A stretch of DNA of 64,000 nt from Ptychomitrium polyphyllum (lineage: Eukaryota): positions 1,054,001 through 1,118,000 of the forward strand of contig OZ316776.1 in the NCBI GenBank assembly GCA_973851085.1. Direction: 5' to 3'. Shown in pieces: positions 54,718 through 64,000 of this stretch. The notes under the pieces were generated by a model. That model was not told the DNA's origin and made no database searches. It was given only the letters and a program-made list of their open reading frames with translations. Position numbers and translations under genes: made by a program. Every line of letters begins with the position of its first letter. Within the stretch, counting starts at the first letter, position 1.

Positions 54718-55583
54718 ATCATGGTGCCAGCGTGAAGACAACACAGCAACTTAGTAGAAACAAGCGTATTCTTTTAAATGTTCTAGTTCCCTCCGTGAAA
54801 CCGGCAATCTTCCGGCTCACAATGGTGTGGGAATCCCCGTGGTGAAGCTCCTATACTAGCTCCACCAACTGGGACTCACCTTTGGTCTCTACCGAGACAC
54901 TAGGGGAGTGGGGAGGGGAACCAGCCCTCTCTTATAGTACTCTCTGTGGGATTCGGCAAGCCCCTTGGCCCTCTGTAGCTAGCTAAACCCCGACACACCT
55001 AAAGTTTTGGAAGACCACCCGATCTCCCTTGGAACTTAGCCACTGGAAGCCTCCGAAATTCCCGGCGACCTTCAAGGAGCCATATTTTCCTCATTCGGTG
55101 CCCGAATGTATTGAGCAACCACTATATCGTCATCTACTCTTTGCATAGATGCTGATAGACTCCTCAAACGTCTGATTTGAGTTAGTATTGTGGGAGATAC
55201 ACCTCTCTCAAAGTTTGGGAATCCCGGAAAGTTCCTCCCTGGACTGTCCCAGTCCAGTACAGTTATTGTGTAAGGCTGCCACATTCCAAAACAGCCCCTT
55301 GGCAACCCCAACTTTGGGATGCCATAACTTTTAGCTCCCTTGTCTGATTTGAGCAATCTTTATTATTCTAGAATCAGCTCTTTGTGATTCCTCCAATGCC
55401 CACGATTTATCCCTTGAGGCTCTCGATCTACATAGGCAAGGATGTTTCTCCCCCTAGAAGTCTTTCCCACGCTAGGCTCACTTGGTTCCTCTCACTATCG
55501 GCGCCACAAGTCCCGAACGTCACTCCGGGGTCCCCCTTGTGCCCTTAGTGTTGCAGGCACTCCTGAAAGAGAGGTGTGCGATA
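54718..55583 (-). mobile_element. Partial, older family C LTR abutting the 5' LTR of the young C element
   Basis: Matches the C LTR from its internal atcatggtgcc site to the end (gtgcgata); more diverged than the two young LTRs. Confidence 0.85.
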
Positions 55584-56686
55584 GGTTCTTACGACAAAAT
55601 ATACAGACAGAAAGACAATCAAAGAAGTTGGACTATCAAAGGCTAGGGCCGTTTGAAATCAGCAAACAAATAATTCTAATTAGTTATTGCCTAAAGCTAC
55701 CACCAAGCATGCAAATTCATCCAGTATTCCATGTATCGTTGTTGGAAACATATAACAAATCATGTATGCCAGAAAGAATTGTTCCTCCACCTCCTCTGCT
55801 AGAATTCAATAATGAAATTGAACATGAAGTGGAAGAGATCTTAAATTCACGCATCAAAAACGAACGTGTGGAGTACCTTATACATTGGCAAGGATATGGC
55901 ATCAATGACCAAACATGGGAACTTTCAACGAATGTAACAAATGCACCCAAGAATGTACGCGAATTTCATTAAAGATATCCTCAGAAACCAGGTCAGTGAT
56001 GATGTGTCATCAGCAGCTATTAGCTTCACAGAGAAGTTTTTCCTTCATAGACAAGTATAAAAAGGGAGGAGAGATATCCAAACCTCCAATTGTATGCAGC
56101 ATTATTTCCAAGATAGATCATTTCCAGATCCTAGCCAGTATGTCAAATCTTTGTGTTATCATGGATATGCGTGAAGAGCAGTCGGCCATACCTTCATCAA
56201 CAACAGCATCTGTTGAGCCAACTCAACTTTCTCGGCCCTTGGTAACGAAGGATCTAAGTCAAGATATGAAAGGGACATCCCAACGTTGAGTACAACCTCA
56301 TGCATAAGTATTAACTAGTCGCCTTTTACATTCCAGTCTTGATTCAGATGCTCACGCTCTAGTCATCTTGTTAGAAATTGGAAGAGTCATTCCTGGAGGA
56401 CCCGAAATCTTGTTTGAAAGATGTTTTGAAGGACTTAATCAAGATCAGATCTTGGGATGGAACATTTCAACAACAAAGTCTTGGCTGGTGGCCGTCGGCA
56501 CTTCTTGCAAGGACCAGTTGAACCAGTGAATAAAGAACAACGAGCAGAGTATGTTGCTTCACTCCTTCAACAAATTTTGGAATTTGTAGAAATGTGATAA
56601 GCAAGCCAAGAAAAGAGCTCTTCATAGGACCTAAACCCCAAATGGGGAGGCAATGTTACGGACATAGATCATGCAACATAGTCCTT

Positions 56687-56706
56687 AGAACATTCTAGAA
56701 CCTTCT
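56687..56706. promoter_or_regulatory. Perfect four-unit heat-shock element in the family B LTR
   Basis: aGAAcaTTCtaGAAccTTCt; also intact at 39673-39690 and three units at 37451-37463. Confidence 0.6.
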
Positions 56707-57640
56707 AGTATACTATAATAGCTTCTTATAATACTTTTAAATGTCTCTATAGTCTTTCCATGTTTTTAAGAAGCTTCCTAGGAAAGTTCTTCCATCTTAG
56801 GAAACTTCCTAGGAAGGTTCCATCATCTTAGGAAACTTCTTGGAAAGGTTCCCTAGACTTCCAGAACATTCCTAAGCCTTGTAGGAAGCTTTTTTAGAAG
56901 TATCTTAGGAGATACAAACATCATAGTATAAATAGGAGGCAAGACAAGGTATTCCTTAGTCTTGCCAATACAAGTTGTGGATCATCTTGAATCCTGCCTT
57001 GTTCTAGTCTTTGTATCAAGTTCTTGTTAATCATTAGCTCTTTGGAAGCTAATTCTTGGGAAACACTTCATTTCCGCTTCTTGTTTCTTGTGTCTCTAAC
57101 AATTGGTGGTTACAAAGATCCATGAACCATTTGAATCATCAAAGGCAATTGGAGTATGTTGCAAACACCATGCCACAAAGTTTGACTTCTTACGACTTTG
57201 AGCACTTGTTGCAACATACACTTAGAAGACCTCGAAACTAGAAGGGGAGGTGATGTCACAGACATACATTTTAGAAGCATTTAGAAAGGTTCTTAAAATA
57301 TTAGGAAACTTCTAAGGAAGTTATTTTAACTTATGAAGCTTCTAAAAAAGTTACATTGGCTTAAAAAACTTTCAAACAAGCAACTTGAAGTTCCTTGAGT
57401 ACGAAGCAATATAATACAAGCTTTTTAAGAAGCTTCTAAGGTTTGTAATCTTGGTATATAAATGAGTCAAGACTATAGGAATCTTTAGTCTCAACAATGC
57501 ATTTCTTGTGGTCTAGCTTAGACTTTTGGCCATGTCTTTGTACCTTGTTATAACTCTTTACTTCTATTAAACCTTAGACATATCTTCATCTACATCTAGT
57601 AATGTTAAAGCCTTGTCTTGTTGTTAAATTTATTGTAATA

Positions 57641-60450
57641 GCTTCAGTAGCAATTAATGAATGAATCCTTTAATGCCTAAATTAAATATATGGATAATAT
57701 TTTGGACTTCCAAACTTAGAATATAGTTTTTTATTTGCTTTCAAGTCATCCAATGTAATAGGGCAAATGAAAAGCACAAAATGGATCATTTTCCTCAATT
57801 CATTTGATACTTTTATGAGTGCTTTATTAGGCTTGCTAAATTATAATTGTCATTTAGAAACAAAATAATAATAAAAACATGTAAAAGATGAAATTTTTTA
57901 TTGAATCAAAAATATGCTAAGTAGCACAAACTTGGAAGACATTTTGAAAAAAAAGTTATTTTATTTGCAATTGAATTCAATTGCAATTTAATTTTAATTG
58001 TAAATTCAAATCATCTATATATAAATTCAAATTTGTTTAAAATTTTAGATATAAGAATGAAAAATTATGGTCTTCAAATATTTCAAAGAAGTTGTTCTAT
58101 GGAAAAATTAAAAGTAAATGAAAAATAATAATAACAGCATTATTGTTATTATGATAGATTACTAAATATAAATATTACTATGTATATGAATATTAAAGTC
58201 TTGTTTTCACTTGAAAAAATGGACAAGAGATAATAATACAAAAACTAAATGACTAAAAAATATAGATCAAAAACTTAAATTCAAAAAAGAAATAGCTTTT
58301 AAAATGTTATATTTGAACTTAAGACATTATACTTAAGATTTCAAATAGTTTTAAATCAACTGAAAATCTTAATGAATCTTCTTTTTTAAAAGAAAATTCT
58401 CTTAATTTTATTAAATTGTCATGTCTTAAACAAAACAACTTTGCATTTACTGATTTATTACAAATAGACATACAACTCCTTCAAATGTGCAAATATAATT
58501 TTATTTAATGTGGAATATACAAATTGTGATTGTTTTGAATCAAAAAGTTATTAATCAAAGCATAAAGTGTTCAATTATCTATTTCATGATCTTCATCAAA
58601 GATTCATATGCTTAATTTAATATTAAGAAACCATATAATAATTATAATTTAATTTAATTTCATATTTGATATATTGAATCAAAGTCAAAATACATTAATA
58701 TGGTAAAAAACAATTTAATTCATCATTAAACAATGCTTCTCAAAAGACATAATTTTAACATTTAAAAGATAATTTTAATTTAATATCCTAATTCAAGTGA
58801 AGATTGAAGAAGTATTTTGACAAATGACCAAATTAGAACCCAGTTTATATAGAACATGCTTTAGACTATCAATTACTTTGGATTTTTTAGCTTTTAAAAT
58901 AAAAATGAATTCATGAATGTTTTAAAAAAAGACTTAAAATTATATTATACTTTCTTGATTTAAAAAAATATCATCACTACAAAAAAGTTATTCTTATTAT
59001 TTTTATTAATTTACTTATAATATATATTTAATATATAAAATCTACTTACAAATTTTACCATGCAAATAAAATATAAATCTTATATCTTTTATATAATCTT
59101 TCATATTTAAATTCAACCAAATTGTTCAAAGTTAGATGATAAAGCCCATTTAAATTTTATCATAAAGTCTTTAGAAATTTAACCATTTAATTGTTCTTTA
59201 TACATATGACATATATATACAAAAATTTGATTTAACAGATTTTTTAATAAATAAATGAAAACATTGCGAAATATAATTGATTAAAATTCACATATATAGA
59301 AGATTTTAATTCAAAGGATTTTGAAATGATTAAAAGTTTGGATTTGCTGCCATGATTTTCATAGCAAAATTTCATAAAGTACTTTCGTATCATCCTTTTG
59401 CTAGTTGTATTGAATATATAAGAACTACCTTTAGTTTATTAGACTATAATACTGTTGTAATAATATAATAAGATTCTTTAATGTATTTTCACCTTCTAAT
59501 TAACCTTGATTAAATGGTACATTTTAAAAGTCATTTGGATCTAATTGGTAATGTATTTTTTATTTTAAAAAAAAGACAATTAGTATAGAATTTAATTGTT
59601 GTTTTCAATAAAATAATTATTAGATTTAGTCTGTTTTAATAAATGCCAAATTTAATTTAGTTTATTCCATTTTATACATCTAAGTTTTTATTTAATAAGA
59701 AAATTAAATAAGTATGAATAGTATTAATAATAAAAATAACCAATTGAATATAATAATGTATAGATGATATGAAAGGAGAACAACATGGATTTATCTTGTA
59801 TTTGATTGTTATTTATTAATAGTTTTTTTCAAAGGTTTCCTTCTATCATTCAAATGTTGCATATGGTTTCTAAGTAATTTACAATTTGGAAGTTAATTTA
59901 ATTCACAATACATAAAGTCAAAAATATAGTTATTTGTGTACATTCTAATAAATTTAATATATCCACTTGGTGTTTGAAGGATATTATATATTATAAAGTA
60001 CCAATATTCAATTCTATTTAAATTTCATAGTAATTTTTTTATTTTTAATTTGGTCTCAATTACGCAAGAACTAATTTCAATTATATCTCTATGTATATAT
60101 TTTTACATTGTAAATTGTATTTAGCATTAAATATTATGAATCATGCTACTATTTACAAAGGAGAGCTGTACACTTTGACTTTTTACAATTCTTACCAAAT
60201 AGACTATAGTTTCAAAAATTGTGATTTTTATAATGTTCATTTCTTTTAGTAAATTTTAATGAAAAAATATCATTTGACTGCATTTTCTCTTTAACTACAT
60301 AAAGTGTCATTATGAGCTCTTGCATCTTGTTCTTTTCTAATTTGAACAATATTAAAGTGCCACTTGATCCATTTTGTAGCCAATTAAAAAGATTGCTATT
60401 TACATTGTGCAAGCTATGAAAATTGCAACATTCAACTAATAGGGAGAGTC
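57641..60450. other. Very AT-rich non-coding spacer, probably decayed repeat DNA
   Basis: Strong AT bias and no credible ORF. Confidence 0.5.
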
Positions 60451-61617
60451 CCATAGGAAGTTGACTCCATAACTCACTTACAAGTAACAAAGAAGTCTAT
60501 CAACAGTTTTTCTGTGGCTACAAAATGGGATGCAAGGGGTTGGAGTAACACTTCATGTAGCCATAGAGAAAAACCCATTGCACACCCATCCAATTATGGT
60601 CCGACCACTCAATCTGGCTGCACAAAGCAATAAGTTTTTCCCGCCGTCGCCTTCATCGCACAATGCACGCCCACATCACCCCAACACTCTCCGAATTCAT
60701 CCAATATCCACAGACACCGTCCAAAGGCCACACTGTCAAACTGATCCGAAACCCACATTTTTCATCGCACCGATTGCATTCATCCAGGCTCTGTGGCTCT
60801 GACAAGATCTCGGCGTTCCGCCCCATCGATTCTAGCAAAGTTGCCGCAGTCAGAAGCATGTTCGACCTGATGCGCGTACGATACACCATCTCCACGACGC
60901 CGAAGGTCCGAAGGTCTACCTTTGATGCCTTGTTCCGAGTGCTTGTCTTTTCTGGGATTGCACAGAGTAGCGGTTTGCTCCTGCTGCACACTGCAGCTCT
61001 GTTCACTTGTCCTGGCTGTGTCCACTGCAACTTAGAGGTAGACTTCTAGAATCTAGCACGCTTGCTCCCATCTGTTCACTTCAGTCAGAGGTTTTTCACA
61101 CCAGTCCTTGGATTGCACATATTGCAGAAAGTAGTAGGTTTTACTTGCTTATGAAGCCTCTACGTCGATCGATGTCTGAAGTTGTGATGTTTGTTTTCTT
61201 CCTGACTGGTTTTGAAAATTTTCGGATTTGAGGTTGGGATTGAAGATCGAAGTTGGGGTCTTTGATGTTTTCGGGGTTGCCGGTGGTTTTGGTGAAGCAA
61301 GGGTGCAGGTTAGTATTTGGTTCGATTAGACTATTCAGCTTCTGATCCGGCATTATTGCTACACGGAAGTTTTGGCGGAGTTGATTCGATTTTCTACCAG
61401 TGTCTCTGTGCGTGGGAATGGAAGACCAGAGGTGTGGGTTGAGAAGAAGAAGAAGGCAGATGGAGCCGATGATGGATATAGTACTGCAATGATGAGAGGA
61501 TGCGAGCGTGGTGGTTTACATGTGGCTATGGCGAGGCTTGTCAGAACAGCATAACTCTGGGCAGTTAGGTGCATTGGAAGGCTGGAGGCCGGGGAGTGAG
61601 GAGGTGCAGGGGGAGCC

Positions 61618-64000
61618 ATGCTATGCAAGTGTAGCAATCAGTTCAAGTTTGATGAGAATGGGACTCGGCCTACTCCACATGAGCTCCGGCTTGCGAGTGT
61701 TTCTCGGGAGCTTTCTGCCAAGCTAAGGGAAGGTGAGGTGAAGCTTCTGCGAGGAAGCATTCAGGAAGCCGAAGTCTCGCTCCGGGAGGCTCTCTCTATC
61801 AACAATGAGGTACCTGCATTTTGGCACTCTGCTTTGGAAGCTGTTTATTGAAGCCCTTGGTAGTCTGTGTCTGACATGGCAGTCTCAGACAAACACTTCC
61901 CCTGTTTTGCCTCTTCTTGTTTATCATTTTTCAATGCTTGACCATCCCTTAGGAATTCCATTTGTTGATTTTCAGCTGAACCAAACCTGTCTAAGAAACT
62001 TGAAATCATCATATTTGCTAGCTCGCCTTCATTTTCACCCTTTCATTGCTATCCGATTGTTACAAAGAATGACTGGTTAGGCTAAACCTACTGTACGATG
62101 CAGTAGGTGTTTTTTATTTGGTGGTGTGATCATTAAGATGGTTTCACATTCAATCCCCTTGCATGCACATAATGATGTTCCTGTTACTTTAAATCAGTCT
62201 AATACTCCGTCTTCAAAACAAATTTACACGGAATCGTTTTGTAGTGTTATCACTAAGATGTTCCCATATGAATTCCAAATTTCAAATTTTAATTTAGTTT
62301 CTTTGGTTGTACTTAAGTTAATAAGAATGTTTGAATTCCAAAATCTTTTCACAATCTAACACTTTGATTTGTTTATACTCGTGCTACTTTATCACCACTA
62401 AGACAATTAAACAAAGGAATTTTCACAATAAAAGGAAAGAACGCAAAAATAACGTAATATGAAAGAATCAATGTCATTATTTCAAACTCAAATGAACTTG
62501 ATTTATTTACATTTACTTCTAGGCAATTTTGGTAACTTTGTGGCTGAAGGCCACCGGTCAAGCTAGTCATATTTACATGCTTTAGGCTACCATATAATGT
62601 TAGTCACGTTACTGAAAGTAGGGACAGAAGTGATTTGTGAATGACCTGGATATGCACTTTGAGAGGTAATTCTGAGCATGGTTGTCTGGAACGTGAACCA
62701 GGAAGCACGAGCATTGCTTGGTCGGCTAGAGTACGACAGAGGCAACTATGAAGGAGCCTTGCAAGTTCTAGACGGGATTCAAGGACACACCTTTGGTGCA
62801 AGCTTGAGATTTTTCATTGCGGACTCAAAGATCCGGCAGAAGAAAGGAAGGCAAGTAAAGAATGGAACTGATGGTTCTCTCGGTACTTTCTTGCATGGAG
62901 CTAGTTTGTTTCTGGAAGCACTTTACCTCAAAGCCAAGTGCTATCAAGAGCTTGATCGGCTTTCAGGTTTGTAATTTCCTCAAAAGTATTTCCACCTAAC
63001 TATTATACTTCATCCACATTTCACGGTGTCTCTGATTAAAAATATACATGTAAAGTTTTCAAACATAAACCCTGTCCGCAACACCTGGTATCGTGGTTTT
63101 TTATTCTGGAAATAACTCCACATTGTTACACATACTGCATGATACATGTATTATTCATCATGAAGAAATAGTACCTCATACATTGAATTACCGTCTGCAG
63201 ATGCCACACGTGAGTGCAAGCTTGTGCTTGATACAATGGAGACAGCTACTCCTGCAGGGTTGCCTGACGAATGGGGAAGGACAAGGATTGCCGACATGCT
63301 CTCCAGCACTGTGAAGCTGCTACCTGAGATTCTCCTAGACATAGGTCAGATAAGCGAGGCAATGGTAGCATATCGACGCTCACTCTTACGCTTCTCTTGG
63401 TGTCTGAATTCCCACGACCTGGTGCACATAATGAAAAGCTTTGCAATCTTACTCTTATATGGGGGTGTGGAGGCTCCCCGTGCAAATTTAGGAGCTCATG
63501 TTGAGGGTGCTTTCACTCCAAAAAACAACACCGAAGAGGGCATACTCCTGTTGATGATACTACTCCGCATAATGAACAAGGAGCAAGGCTACTTCGACTC
63601 TAGTGTTTTTGAGCATCTCTCCTTTGCCTTGTCGTTGGGTGGCCAACTGGATACACTAGCTCATCAATACAAGGCGCTTCTGCCGGGCACACTATCTCGA
63701 CCAGATAGATGGTACAGCCTAGCCCTCTGTTACGCTGGCTCCGGAGAGGACGTGCGTGCATTGGAGCTGCTTCGGAAGTCACTTGCTGTAACGGAGAGGC
63801 CTAAAGACGTGCTCTCTCTTCTTTTGGCAGCCAAACTATGCGTTGGAAAGCCTGAACTCTGTGGTAAAGGAGTTGGGTATGCAAAGCGCGCTCTTCTGAA
63901 TACGTGTAAGGACAGTGCAGCTTACAGGATTCGTGCCCTGCACGTCCAGGGTCTTGCACTTCGTTCACAGGCTCACGTGGCATCTTCTAACGCATTAAAA
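61618..64000 (+). CDS. NPG1-like: NPG1/NPGR-like calmodulin-binding TPR protein (TTC7/YPP1 family), runs off the window
   Basis: Exons 61618-61809, 62702-62966, 63201->64000. MLCKCSNQFKF start, EAEVSLREALSINNEEARALLGRLEYDRGNYEGALQV, FTPKNNTEEGILLLMILL, RWYSLALCY. Confidence 0.88.

Larger units (their letters stand above)
43445..57101 (+). mobile_element. Full-length but mutated Ty3/gypsy chromovirus (family B, Tcn1-like)
   Basis: LTRs 43445-44015 and 56654-57101, TSD attgg/attgg, PPT aaatggggaggc. Gag with zinc knuckle ~44200-44907, protease LLDTGA, RT IYLDDIL ~45504-45842, RNaseH, integrase to 47745, resuming at 55589 with GPF/HPVFHVS and chromodomain. Many stops. Confidence 0.93.
35474..57640 (+). 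mobile_element. Old Ty3/gypsy chromovirus (family A, Tcn1-like), host of the nest
   Basis: Similar ~388-bp LTRs at 35474-35862 and 57254-57640; PPT gaaggggagg before the 3' LTR. Decayed gag ~36300-37130, protease/RT/RNaseH/integrase ~37200-42800 (interrupted), chromodomain ~42820-42977. TSD not intact (atttt / gcttc). Confidence 0.8.

Noticed and set aside
48418..55356. Repeated 61-94 aa ORFs (MPKLDMGAKSYG...)
   Set aside because: Recur only because they lie within copies of the family C LTR
60530..61600. Overlapping ORFs upstream of the NPG1-like gene
   Set aside because: Look like promoter/5'UTR sequence with no family resemblance

Overview
Eukaryotic plant genomic DNA with spliced genes; gene and transposon style suggest a moss such as Physcomitrium (inference). 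Left 35 kb, in order: DNA gyrase B relic exons, a 7-exon gene with four B3 domains (REM/VRN1-like), an aconitase relic on the minus strand, ALG13, DHFR-TS, a decayed NLR-type LRR, a head-to-head pair of 3-exon small secreted peptide genes missed by the ORF track, and a Tat-signal, LEA-like plastid protein. The two peptides end in a PSY-like Y..D..AN motif extended by two cysteines. 35.5-57.6 kb is a nested stack of three chromovirus-type Ty3/gypsy families (called A, B, C here), resolved by LTR ends and target-site duplications. A and B show Tf1-like self-priming and -1 frameshift signals, and B LTRs carry heat-shock elements. The window ends in an AT-rich spacer and the 5' part of an NPG1/NPGR-like TPR gene. 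Exon coordinates were derived by hand from GT/AG sites and frame continuity. No database searches were run.
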